From NCBI GenBank assembly GCA_040219255.1, contig JAVJSW010000042.1, forward strand, positions 32,001 to 96,000: DNA of 64,000 nt, in the 5' to 3' direction. The notes under the pieces are model-generated. The model saw only the letters and a program-made list of their open reading frames with translations, ran no database searches and was not told where the DNA came from. Shown here in pieces: positions 49,292-58,538 of the stretch (its first letter is position 1; each line of letters begins with the position of its first letter). A program made the translations under genes and the position numbers. Source of the stretch: Sumerlaeia bacterium (GTDB lineage Bacteria > Sumerlaeota > Sumerlaeia > SLMS01 > JAHLLQ01).

Positions 49292-50773
49292 ATGTTTTCT
49301 ACTCTTCCGACAACATGGTGGCGCCAGGAATTTCCCCGGCGCCTCGTTTTCTTTGCACGACTTCCCGATGCTCCCTTCCGAGCGTGCCGGGCTGCCGCGG
49401 TGGCCTTCTCCGCGCTCTTTCTACTTCTGGGCTGTGGCGATCCCGGCGAGGAACCCTCCGGTTCCCGCGCAGGCGCCACCGCCCCTTCGAATTCGGACCC
49501 GGCCGCCGGGAATCTTGATCGTCTCGATCGCCCCTCCGACCTCCGGTCACGCTTTCTGCAAGAACTCGGGGCCATGGAAGAGGATGGCCAACCCTCCTCC
49601 GCCTTCGCCTATTACGCCCAGACCAAATCCTTCCTCCCGCCGCGCGAACTCGACGCCTTGATGACCGATTCGGTCGCCGCGGCCGCGTCCGGCTGGGACT
49701 CCGTCTCGTCGCCCACCGAACTGGCCGATGTGATCGAAGCCCATCGCGGATCGCTGGAACTCCTGCGTCAGGGGGCCAAAGCCACGGAAGTTATCCTGCC
49801 TGCGGAGTCCGCCGGCAATCCCGCCATTTCCGCGTTTCTGAACGCGCAGGTGCAGGAACTGCTGCCACTTGGCGCGCTCCTGATCGCGGACGCCGCGCGC
49901 AAAGCCTCGGAAGGCGATCCGGAAGGCGCCCGCCAGGACGCCTGGGCTGCGTTGGAAATCGGCGACGACCTGCAAATCCCGGGGGCGCCATTGCCGCTGG
50001 CGATGGCGGGCACTTCGCTGGAGAGCTACGGTCTGGACCTGCTGCTGCGCCTGGGGGCCGGGCGCGAAGAGTTGGAAGCGCGCCTGCGATCGGACCGCGA
50101 TCCGGCCCAGGCCTGGACCCATAGCCTGCCGATGATGTCGCTCGCGGTGGGTTTTCTGACCCAACTGCCGGCTCAATTTCCCGCCGGGGACGAGGCTCGT
50201 TTCCGGCAAGCCCTTTCGGACCTGGAAGCGCAATTCGGCGGGGGCCGATTCGCCCAGATGAGCCGCGAAGAATTCGACCAGGCGCTCCGTCCCACCAACC
50301 TGAAGCCCGCCATCGAACGGGTGCGCTCCGCCGCCGAAGCCGTTGCCGCGGCCCGCGCCGAAAACGGGACAAACAGCCCGGAAGCGCAAGTCGCGCTGAC
50401 GTCCTACAAGGACACCTTGACCTCGGCCATCGAGACCAATCCGTTCGTCATGGTGGTGGCCCCTCCGCGGCTCGAGCCGATTCTGGTGCTCGCCGGCCTT
50501 GTGCGTGCCAAGCTTCTCATGGCGACTCTCGCCGCGACGATTCAGGAGCGGGGCGAGCCTTGGGATGGCGATTTGGCAACCCTGGATGTGGACCCGTCCT
50601 GGCTCATCGATCCGATCACAAACCGTCCGTTTGTGGCGGAACGGATCGAGTCGGGCGATTGGGTCCTGTTTGGCCTCTCGGCGGAGGACTTGGCCGCCCG
50701 GGGCCTCTTGCCGGAAACGATCCGCAATTATCTGCCGCTGGGCCGCATGGCGATCCACGTTTCCGCGCCATAG
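49292..50773 (+). CDS. Hypothetical helical lipoprotein
   Basis: Lipobox LLGC; all-alpha body; C-terminal LIDPITNRPF resembles the P.DPf.g.p motif of pseudopilin-like tails. Confidence 0.6.
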   Translation: MFSTLPTTWWRQEFPRRLVFFARLPDAPFRACRAAAVAFSALFLLLGCGDPGEEPSGSRAGATAPSNSDPAAGNLDRLDRPSDLRSRFLQELGAMEEDGQPSSAFAYYAQTKSFLPPRELDALMTDSVAAAASGWDSVSSPTELADVIEAHRGSLELLRQGAKATEVILPAESAGNPAISAFLNAQVQELLPLGALLIADAARKASEGDPEGARQDAWAALEIGDDLQIPGAPLPLAMAGTSLESYGLDLLLRLGAGREELEARLRSDRDPAQAWTHSLPMMSLAVGFLTQLPAQFPAGDEARFRQALSDLEAQFGGGRFAQMSREEFDQALRPTNLKPAIERVRSAAEAVAAARAENGTNSPEAQVALTSYKDTLTSAIETNPFVMVVAPPRLEPILVLAGLVRAKLLMATLAATIQERGEPWDGDLATLDVDPSWLIDPITNRPFVAERIESGDWVLFGLSAEDLAARGLLPETIRNYLPLGRMAIHVSAP

Positions 50774-50783
50774 CTTCGCCTTC

Positions 50784-52445
50784 TCACTCTTCGACAGCCT
50801 GATGATAAATTACCACGGTCTGGAAATCCACCACCGGGGCCAGGTGCGCCGGCGGCGTGGACAGACCGTCGCCGATGCGAACCACCGTGATGCTCTCGTC
50901 CTGGGCCCACCGCTCCTCCAGGTCTGGTCCCCCTTGCAGACGAATGCGATCCAAGTGCCCCGCCATCAACGCGATATGCCACCAGTGGGCGAAGTTGTGA
51001 TCCGCCTTGTGCAGCACGACATCGCCGCCTCTGCCCAGATTGGGCAGGTGCTGGGGCTCGCGGAACTCCTGGGCCAGGAAATGCCCCACGGCAAAAGACG
51101 CCGTGTCGTAACCCCACCATTTGTAGCGGCCCGCTTCCCCCGCCGAACGGGCCCCAAACGTAATCAGGGTCCACAGGACAAGGGCGCTGGCGATCCAACC
51201 CGCGCTCCGCAGAGCCAGGGTGGGCCGGCGGCTGGCAAGGGTGGCCAGGACCGCGTCTTCGCCGACCGCGACCGCCATGGAGGCAATGGGCGACGCGAGC
51301 ACCAGGAGGCTGATGACGTAACGCTCGAGCGAGGAGGGGATGCTCTGCAAGGCCGTTACGACGATCATCAGGCCAATGTAGGCGAGGATCGCCAACGAGC
51401 CAAAAAGCGTGAGCGGCCTCCTGCTTCCCCGGATGAGTGCGATGGGAATTCCCGCTAGGAACAACCCCCACAGGCTTCCGATCTGAGCGTGGGCGGGCAG
51501 CCTAAAGATCTGGAGGCGCTGCCAGAACGTCCATTCGGCGCCAACGGTGTGCGTTCCAGTCTGGTTTTTGAAGAATGCGAGCGGATGACCGAAATGCAGC
51601 AGGCTGTCGATCATCCAGTAGACCGGGAACGCCAGCGCCAAGGCGCCCGCCACCCAGAAAACCACAGAGTACGACCGCATCGGATTCGGTTGCTTGGGCT
51701 GGAGCCATGCGGGAAGTGCGCGTGCGCCGAAAGTCCGCCAGAGCCAGTGCAGCCCGGATAGGGCGCCGAAAGCCGCGATCCAGATCCAGCCTTCGTACCG
51801 GAAACCGGACGCCAAAGTGGCGAAGAGCCCGGCACCGGCGAGGAAGACGGGGCCTCCACGGCGACCCTCCCCCGCCCGCCGCCAGCCGTGCAGGGCGCAC
51901 GCGAGGCTGAGGCACAGGAAAGCCGTCGTGGGCATTTCCGTCATGGCGCCAGTGCTGAGCCACGAGTGCATCGGGAGAATGGCCACGAACCAGGCACAAA
52001 AGACCGCGCTGGAATCGCGCCCCGTCACCTCACGCCCAAGCCACGCCGCACTCAGCACGCTCAGCACCGCGTAAGCCGAGGCCAGCCAATGCATGATGGC
52101 GTTGTTGTCGTCGCCCATGCGCATCGCTGCGGCGCTGACGAGGTGCGAACCGACAGGCCAGACACGGTCGTTGGTGCTGAGCGCATCGCTGATGTCTTGA
52201 TCGAACGCGTGATTCATCAGCAGGCGGGCGCCTTCGTCAGGCCACATGGTGACGTAGCCCTGCCAGATGCTTTGAACGATGAAGGCGAACTTGAATGCCA
52301 CGGCGCCGCCGATCAGAGCAATGGCCCATCGGCTCCAACGCGTCATTTCCGGCGCCAACGCCGACGGCGAGGTCCATCGTAAGGTGGCCGCCAGACCCAG
52401 CGCGGCGGCGCCTGCGCAGACGGAAAGAAGAAACAGATCGGACAT
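50784..52445 (-). CDS. Polytopic GT-C-type (ArnT/PMT-like) glycosyltransferase
   Basis: More than 10 TM helices, WPDE motif in the first loop, TEMP, RYEGW and ERY. Confidence 0.7.
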   Translation of the reverse strand: MSDLFLLSVCAGAAALGLAATLRWTSPSALAPEMTRWSRWAIALIGGAVAFKFAFIVQSIWQGYVTMWPDEGARLLMNHAFDQDISDALSTNDRVWPVGSHLVSAAAMRMGDDNNAIMHWLASAYAVLSVLSAAWLGREVTGRDSSAVFCAWFVAILPMHSWLSTGAMTEMPTTAFLCLSLACALHGWRRAGEGRRGGPVFLAGAGLFATLASGFRYEGWIWIAAFGALSGLHWLWRTFGARALPAWLQPKQPNPMRSYSVVFWVAGALALAFPVYWMIDSLLHFGHPLAFFKNQTGTHTVGAEWTFWQRLQIFRLPAHAQIGSLWGLFLAGIPIALIRGSRRPLTLFGSLAILAYIGLMIVVTALQSIPSSLERYVISLLVLASPIASMAVAVGEDAVLATLASRRPTLALRSAGWIASALVLWTLITFGARSAGEAGRYKWWGYDTASFAVGHFLAQEFREPQHLPNLGRGGDVVLHKADHNFAHWWHIALMAGHLDRIRLQGGPDLEERWAQDESITVVRIGDGLSTPPAHLAPVVDFQTVVIYHQAVEE

Positions 52446-52479
52446 GAGAAGGAGGTCCCTGGTGCTGGCCCAGTCTCGC

Positions 52480-54402
52480 TCAGGATTCGGCAGGAGCCAG
52501 CTTCTTATGGTCCGACTTTTCGCGCTGGCGTTTCATGAGCGCAACCGAGAGCACGTCCACGTCGCTGGGGTTGACGCCGGCGAGGCGGCTGGCTTGGCCT
52601 AGGGTTTCGGGGCGGAAGCGCTTGAGCACCTGGCGCGCTTCAAAGCGAATGGATGTCAGCTCGTCCCAGTAGGCCCAGTCCTGCGGCAGAGTCAGGTGCT
52701 CGCGGCCGCGGGCGGCGACGACATGCCGGGCTTGCTTGTCCAGATAGCCAGCATAATTGATCTCGATATCCACCAACTCGCGGTAGCGCTCGTCCCAGAG
52801 GCCCTCGAGCCGTGGCGTCAACGGCCCGGCGACGGCTTCGAAGGTGGCGAGGTCGACGTCCGGGCGTGCCAGGAGCTGCGCCAGCGTGGCGTGCTTGGCG
52901 GGGCGCTCGAAACCGTGGCGCCCGGCCGCTTCCCAATCCGCGTCGCGGTGAACGAAGGCGGTGCCGCGCAGGCGTTCCGTCTCCGCATCGACGGCCCCGC
53001 GCAGCTTCTCGACCGCTTCCAGTTCCGCCTCGCCGATCATGCCGATGCGATGGGCGTGGCGTGACAGGCGCAGGTCCGCGTTGTCACAGCGCAGCAGCAG
53101 GCGGAACTCGGCGCGGCTGGTGAACAGGCGGTAGGGCTCGCGGTGGTCCTTGGTCAGCAGATCGTCCACCATCACCGCGAGGTAGGCTTCGTCGCGGTTG
53201 AGGACCAGCGGCTCCTGCTCCTTGACCGCGAGCGCCGCGTTGATCCCGGCCAGGAGACCTTGGCCCCCGGCCTCTTCATAGCCCGACGTGCCATTGATCT
53301 GTCCCGCCAGGAACAGCCCCGGGATGGCCTTCGTTTCCAGCGTAGGCCTCAACTGGCGCGGGTGGACGTAGGTGTATTCCACGGCGTAGCCATGGCGCAG
53401 GAACTCGACATTTTCCAGCCCCGGGACGGTGCGCAGGAACGCCTCCTGCACGTCGGCGGGCATGCTGGTGCTGACGCCGTTGGGATAGACGGAGTCGCCG
53501 TGGCGCGTTTCCGGTTCGAGGAAAATCTGGTGGCTCGGCTTGTCCTCAAAGCGCACGACCTTGTCCTCGATGGAGGGGCAATAGCGGGGCCCGACGCCCT
53601 GGATGGCGCCCATGAACATGGGGCTCTTGTCCAGATTGGCGCGGATAATGTCGTGGGTCTGGACGTTCGTGCTGGTCAGGTAGCAGGGCACCTGATCGAC
53701 CTGGAGGTTACGGGTCTTGAAACTCATCGGCGGCGGCGGGTCGTCGCCCGGCTGTGGCGTGCAGCGGCTGAAGTCGATGGTGCTTTTCTTGAGCCGGGCC
53801 GGGGTGCCGGTCTTGAGCCGGCCGGTGTCCAGACCGAGGTCGAGGAACGAATCGGCGAGGCGATTGGAGGCGCGCTCGCCCACGCGGCCGCCTTCGGTCT
53901 TCACCAGACCGCAGTGCATCACGCCGCCGAGGAACGTGCCGGTCGTCAGCACCAGCGCGCGGCAGGAGCAGCGCGTCCCGTCCTCCAAAACCAAGCCGCA
54001 AATGCGGCCGTCTTCCGTCAGGATTTCCGCCCCCGTGCCGCCCATCGGGATCAGTTTATCCATGCGCAGCATGACGCGCTGCATCCATCGAGGGTACGTG
54101 TCCTTGTCCAGTTGCACGCGGGGCGCGCGGACCGCCGGTCCCTTGCTGCGGTTCAGAAGGCGGAACTGAATGCCGTTGGCGTCGGAGGCGACAGCCTGGA
54201 GCCCGCCGAGCGCATCAATCTCCCGGACAAGGTGACCCTTGCCCAGGCCGCCCATGGCCGGATTGCAGGACAAGCGCCCGATGGCCGAGGGGTCCATGGT
54301 GATGAGCGCGGTCTTGCATCCGAGGCGGGCGGAAGCATGGGCGGCTTCGATGCCGGCGTGGCCTCCGCCCAGGACGATGACGTCGAATGTGAACTGGCTC
54401 AT
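52480..54402 (-). CDS. mnmG: tRNA uridine-5-carboxymethylaminomethyl modification enzyme MnmG (GidA)
   Basis: GGGHAGIEAA, SCNPAMGG, SKGPAV, RLKTGTP, GPRYCPSIEDK, AGQINGTSGYEEA and YRLFTSRAEFRL. Confidence 0.98.
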   Translation of the reverse strand: MSQFTFDVIVLGGGHAGIEAAHASARLGCKTALITMDPSAIGRLSCNPAMGGLGKGHLVREIDALGGLQAVASDANGIQFRLLNRSKGPAVRAPRVQLDKDTYPRWMQRVMLRMDKLIPMGGTGAEILTEDGRICGLVLEDGTRCSCRALVLTTGTFLGGVMHCGLVKTEGGRVGERASNRLADSFLDLGLDTGRLKTGTPARLKKSTIDFSRCTPQPGDDPPPPMSFKTRNLQVDQVPCYLTSTNVQTHDIIRANLDKSPMFMGAIQGVGPRYCPSIEDKVVRFEDKPSHQIFLEPETRHGDSVYPNGVSTSMPADVQEAFLRTVPGLENVEFLRHGYAVEYTYVHPRQLRPTLETKAIPGLFLAGQINGTSGYEEAGGQGLLAGINAALAVKEQEPLVLNRDEAYLAVMVDDLLTKDHREPYRLFTSRAEFRLLLRCDNADLRLSRHAHRIGMIGEAELEAVEKLRGAVDAETERLRGTAFVHRDADWEAAGRHGFERPAKHATLAQLLARPDVDLATFEAVAGPLTPRLEGLWDERYRELVDIEINYAGYLDKQARHVVAARGREHLTLPQDWAYWDELTSIRFEARQVLKRFRPETLGQASRLAGVNPSDVDVLSVALMKRQREKSDHKKLAPAES

Positions 54403-54433
54403 TGGGGGTCCTCGCCGAGAATGCTTCGCGGCT

Positions 54434-54476
54434 AAAAAATAAGAAGGGCGCGGAGCGGGTTGCCCGCGCCGCGCCC
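54434..54476 (-). terminator. Rho-independent terminator after the foldase gene
   Basis: Minus strand GC hairpin GGGCGCGGCGCGGG-CAA-CCCGCTCCGCGCCC followed by TTCTTATTTTTT. Confidence 0.65.
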
Positions 54477-54502
54477 CAATTGGCCTAAAGGCCGGTGCGA
54501 TT

Positions 54503-56524
54503 TCAAGAGCCGAGGTGGTATTCGTAGCCGGCTTTTTCGTTCATTTCGCTGACGATCTTTTCGCGGGCCGCGGCGTTCCTTTTGTTCATGATCTGCTGGT
54601 TGATGTCCGCCTTGGCATCTTCGAATTCGGCGGTGCGGGGTTCGTCGCGCCGCACGATGTAGTGGGCCAGCACCTCATCGCCCCAAACGATGGGGCCGAA
54701 GATGCGGCTCTTCGGATTCGCGTCGTAGATGCCTTGGCCCAAGCCATCGCGCCATTCCAGGCCGACCCGGCCGACCGAGCCGTCGGCCTTCACGAAATCA
54801 TCCTCGCTCAGTTCCTTCACCTTGGCGGTGAAGCCGTCGATGGTATCGACGCCTTCGAGTTCCTTGGCGAGTTTGGCCCGTTCCTCTTCCAGAATCCGTT
54901 CGCGTTCGGCTTCGGTGGCATCGGCGGGGATGGGGGGGCGTTTCGTGATCTGGCGCAGGAGGAGGCTGGCATCGCGCGAGTAGCGATCCATGTTCTCCTC
55001 GTAGAACGTGCGCAATTCCTCCTCCGACGGCTCCTCGATGGCGCTTTGCATCTTGTTTTCGAGGTAACGGGCGGCGTAGAAACGGTCTTCGAGGGCCTTG
55101 TTCAGATCGGCGAATTCTTGCGTCTCCGTGAGCTTCTTGCGGTTTGTGTCCCAGAAGAGCAGTTCGCGGCGAACCAGGCCGACCCGGTCCATGGCGGCGA
55201 GAAGTTCCTCAAGGGGTGTTTCCTCGTTGAAGTCGCGGCCGAAATCGAGGCGGAAGGCTTGCACGGTGTAGGACCCCGCGTCCGTCGCGACGATGACGTC
55301 CTCCGGCTCGGCGGTCGTGAACGCGGCGGCCAGGACTTCCTCGTCGATATCGATGGACTTGCCGGGGCTGGTTTCCGGCTTCGGGTCCGCGGCGCGATAT
55401 TCGTCCCAGAGCCGATCGAAGGACTCGTCGATGATGGCCGTGCGGCGTTCCCGATCGAGAGTCGAGGAGATCACGTCGCGGACTTCGTCGAGGGGTTGAG
55501 GGCCGTCGGGCCGATGACGAACCCGGTTGATGATCTGGTAGCCGTGGCGGGTCTTGACGGGTTCGGAGATTTCCCCGTCCTTGAGCGTGTCGAACGTTTC
55601 GCGGATGGGGCCGAGGATTTGTTTCCCATCGCCCGGGTTGATGACGAGAAGCCGGCCGGGGCGGTCGGCCTCGGACAATTCCGAGGCGACGTCTTCAAAG
55701 GGCTCGCCGCCTTCGGTGACTCGCTGGTAGGCGGAGCGGGCTTTTTCGAGAATGGCTTGCGTTTCCGCCTCGCTCATGGGAACGAGGAGGACTTCGCCCT
55801 CCACAAGGGCCTGGGCGGGAACCATGTTGCCTTCACGATCTTCCACGTCGGCGCTGCGCGCTTCCTTGCTGCGGCTGTCGAGAATGTCGCTCGCGCGGGA
55901 AGCGTCACCGGTCATCTTCTCTGCGATCGACTCGAGCGTATCGCCCGCTTCGACCACGTAGTCCTTGTAGGTCGAGAAGAAGATATGACGGAACTGAAGT
56001 TGCTCGCGCTGGGTGAAGCGGGATTCCTTCTTGTCTTCGTAGTAGGCGGCGATTTCCTCGTCGCTCGGTTCCTCGACCTTGGAATTGACGTTTTCATCGA
56101 GCCAGACCTTGGCGATGGCCTGGTTCTGGCGGGCGAGGAGTTGCTCCATCGACTCCGCGTCGGGGGTGAAACCCTCGGCTTTGGCGTCTTGGGTGGCCTG
56201 CTGATAAATCACGAGGTCGCTGGCCAGGAGGCGCCGCTGTTCCGGGTCCATGGCGCGGAAGGCTTCGATTTCGAGTTCCAGATTCTGGGGGCGAAGGTCC
56301 GCCGGCAAGTCACGCATTTGCTCGAAGAAATCGCCGACTGTGACGACCTCGCCAAAGGCGGTGTAGTAGGGGGTTTGCTCGGTGATGGAGTCGCCCTCGA
56401 GAGAGATCATTCTGCTGGCGGGCTGTGTTTCCTGGGCGGCGAGGGGTGCCGGGCCCGCGAGGAACGCGGCGCCGCAGAAGACCGGGATGGCGAGGCGGAG
56501 GGGATGCAAAAGGCTTGGCTTCAT
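54503..56524 (-). CDS. Periplasmic SurA/PrsA-like foldase with two parvulin (PpiC) modules and an inserted LysM domain
   Basis: Signal peptide; SDEEIAAYYE..F..REQLQFRHIF, FEDVASELSE and GEISEPVKTRHGYQII; second module SEEELRTFYE; LysM YVVEAGDTLESIA...LVEGEVLLVP. Confidence 0.85.
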   Translation of the reverse strand: MKPSLLHPLRLAIPVFCGAAFLAGPAPLAAQETQPASRMISLEGDSITEQTPYYTAFGEVVTVGDFFEQMRDLPADLRPQNLELEIEAFRAMDPEQRRLLASDLVIYQQATQDAKAEGFTPDAESMEQLLARQNQAIAKVWLDENVNSKVEEPSDEEIAAYYEDKKESRFTQREQLQFRHIFFSTYKDYVVEAGDTLESIAEKMTGDASRASDILDSRSKEARSADVEDREGNMVPAQALVEGEVLLVPMSEAETQAILEKARSAYQRVTEGGEPFEDVASELSEADRPGRLLVINPGDGKQILGPIRETFDTLKDGEISEPVKTRHGYQIINRVRHRPDGPQPLDEVRDVISSTLDRERRTAIIDESFDRLWDEYRAADPKPETSPGKSIDIDEEVLAAAFTTAEPEDVIVATDAGSYTVQAFRLDFGRDFNEETPLEELLAAMDRVGLVRRELLFWDTNRKKLTETQEFADLNKALEDRFYAARYLENKMQSAIEEPSEEELRTFYEENMDRYSRDASLLLRQITKRPPIPADATEAERERILEEERAKLAKELEGVDTIDGFTAKVKELSEDDFVKADGSVGRVGLEWRDGLGQGIYDANPKSRIFGPIVWGDEVLAHYIVRRDEPRTAEFEDAKADINQQIMNKRNAAAREKIVSEMNEKAGYEYHLGS

Positions 56525-56906
56525 TCTAGAGAAGAACTCCTGTCGAATGGTGTCATGGAAAACCCGCCGGGCCGCTGGTGCTTTGCGGCGGGCGGGATGA
56601 ATGGCTTCGGAAAAGACTCCCGAAGGACTGGCAGGGTTGGGTGGCGCCGCAAGGAAGATTCGCGAAACGGCGATTTTCCCCGCCGCCGAAAAGGGACTGG
56701 CGGGAGCCGCTTTTTCTCCCTTTCCCCCAGTTCGCGTCTTCTCGTAGGAATTCACAGTGTCGGCCAAGGGCGCCCGGTGCGGCTTTTTTTTCTCAGCTCG
56801 AGCCCGCCCGGCCCGTCTTTTGTGAACCGGCTGCCCTTAGGCATTGTCTATCTCGCCGAACTCATTGGGCTTCCCAAAGCCCTTACCGATGAAGGGAACC
56901 TGATCG

Positions 56907-57422
56907 ATGACAGATTCGAAAACCAATCCGCGGCGGCGCCGCGCCATCGCCTTGACAGGCGCGCTGGCCTTCGCGCTGCTGCTTTCCGCTCCGTTGGCCT
57001 GGAGCCAGAGCGCCCGCGCTGGCGACAAGGTCTACGCCAAATTCGATAACGTCCAAGTGCGTGACACCAGCCGCCGCACCCTGGCGACCGTCTCCGCGGG
57101 GACGGAATTCGTCGTGGTCGCACCCGGCCGGCCTTTTTACGAGGTGAAACTGACCGATGGCCGCCAAGGCCTCGTGAGCTACTTCCAAATCCAGGAAGAT
57201 CAACCACGCGCCTCCGGTCTGGGAGGTGTTCTCCGCGGCGACCGCGATATCGCCGAGATGCGCACCGGCTCGGGTGCCCGTGGGCTTTCCGCCGCCGCGG
57301 TGGACCTGTCGGAAGACGGCGACGCGACCACCCAAGCCGTGGCCGCGGTGCGCGCCATGGAATCGACCGCCGCCAGCATTTCGAACGCGCAAGTCGAAGC
57401 CTTCGCTTCGCAGTTGGAGTAA
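56907..57422 (+). CDS. Secreted SH3b-domain protein
   Basis: Signal peptide; NVQVRD...FYEVKLTDGRQGLV (SH3_3-like); C-terminal GARGL...VEAF tail. Confidence 0.75.
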   Translation: MTDSKTNPRRRRAIALTGALAFALLLSAPLAWSQSARAGDKVYAKFDNVQVRDTSRRTLATVSAGTEFVVVAPGRPFYEVKLTDGRQGLVSYFQIQEDQPRASGLGGVLRGDRDIAEMRTGSGARGLSAAAVDLSEDGDATTQAVAAVRAMESTAASISNAQVEAFASQLE

Positions 57423-57426
57423 ACCA

Positions 57427-58470
57427 ATGACGACGAAACCCTTTGGCCGCCGTTGGGCGGCTCTCCTGATGGCGGGCGCCGTTTCGGCGGTTACGCTCGC
57501 CTGCACTTCGTCCCAGGTGGGCGAGGCGGTGCGCACCGGAGCCACGGCGGCCGGCGCGTCGGAAAAAGAAGCGGCTGGCTACGGCGCCGCGGCGGGCAAC
57601 CTGGTTTCCGCCACGGGCTCCATCGATCCGGCGACAGAACGGGCGCTGGGCGATGGCGTGGCGGTCAAGATTTTTGATCGCCTGGGGCCGCGGCTGGCGG
57701 ACGAAAAGGTTCAGGAATATGTGAATCTGGTGGGCCGCAGCCTGACCGGCAACAGCAGCCGAGCCGAACTGCCATTCGCCTTTGGCGTGGTGGAAAACGA
57801 CACGGTGGCGGCCTACGCTGCCCCCGGCGGGTACATTTTCATCACCACGGGCGCGCTGGCGCTGATGGAGAACGAGGCGGAGCTGGCGGGCGTTCTCGGC
57901 CATGAAATCACCCACGTCAACCAGCGTCACATGGAGCCGCTGTATCGCACAGCGCGACTTCTTGACGCGGCCCAGTTCGCGGCGCAAGCCAGCGGCGATG
58001 TCTCGGAAGAGCAGCTCGCAAAGTACAGCGACCTGGCCGATCAGGTGACCGATGCCATTCTGAACAAAGGGTTCGGCCCCGCCAAGGAATACGAAGCAGA
58101 CCAGATGGGCGTGGAATTGGCCGCCGTGTCGGGCTACGATCCCAATGGGCTGGCCGATTTCCTGCGCAAGATGCAGGCGATGGAAAGCCACAGCGGCGGT
58201 TGGTTCAGCACCCACCCGCCGACATCGAGCCGCATCGGCCGGCTGGAAACCCACACCACGCAAGTGCTCGGTGGCATGAGTGGCGCCCAGGGCCGGACAC
58301 GCTTTCAGAAGGTGATCTCCGGCATGAAGCCTTCCGCCCGCGCCCAGCAACCGGCCCGCGGCGCCGTGACCAAGCCCGGCGAATCCCCCGCCGCGACACA
58401 GCCCGGCACGCCGGTGCAAGGCGGGGGGGCGCGTTTCATGCCCCGCAGCAACGCCGTCGGCCAGCCTTGA
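57427..58470 (+). CDS. M48 family metallopeptidase lipoprotein (BepA/YfgC-like)
   Basis: Lipobox TLAC; AYAAPGGYIFIT, EAELAGVLGHEITH, EYEAD, GYDP and FSTHP. Confidence 0.93.
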   Translation: MTTKPFGRRWAALLMAGAVSAVTLACTSSQVGEAVRTGATAAGASEKEAAGYGAAAGNLVSATGSIDPATERALGDGVAVKIFDRLGPRLADEKVQEYVNLVGRSLTGNSSRAELPFAFGVVENDTVAAYAAPGGYIFITTGALALMENEAELAGVLGHEITHVNQRHMEPLYRTARLLDAAQFAAQASGDVSEEQLAKYSDLADQVTDAILNKGFGPAKEYEADQMGVELAAVSGYDPNGLADFLRKMQAMESHSGGWFSTHPPTSSRIGRLETHTTQVLGGMSGAQGRTRFQKVISGMKPSARAQQPARGAVTKPGESPAATQPGTPVQGGGARFMPRSNAVGQP

Positions 58471-58538
58471 CCCGGGGCGCGCTCTGACGATGGAGTGCGC
58501 CTCCCAAAACTTCACTTTTCCGCAGGGAGACCCGGTCC

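Noticed and set aside
56530-56900. Possible riboswitch or ncRNA in the divergent foldase/SH3 intergenic region
   Set aside because: Only scattered short hairpins and T-tracts; no family consensus recognised
3328-57049. Many long opposite-strand ORFs (e.g. 3328-5157, 10195-12687, 16657-18810, 39022-41265, 54515-57049)
   Set aside because: In-register antisense ORFs expected in high-GC3 genes; no recognisable motifs or RBS
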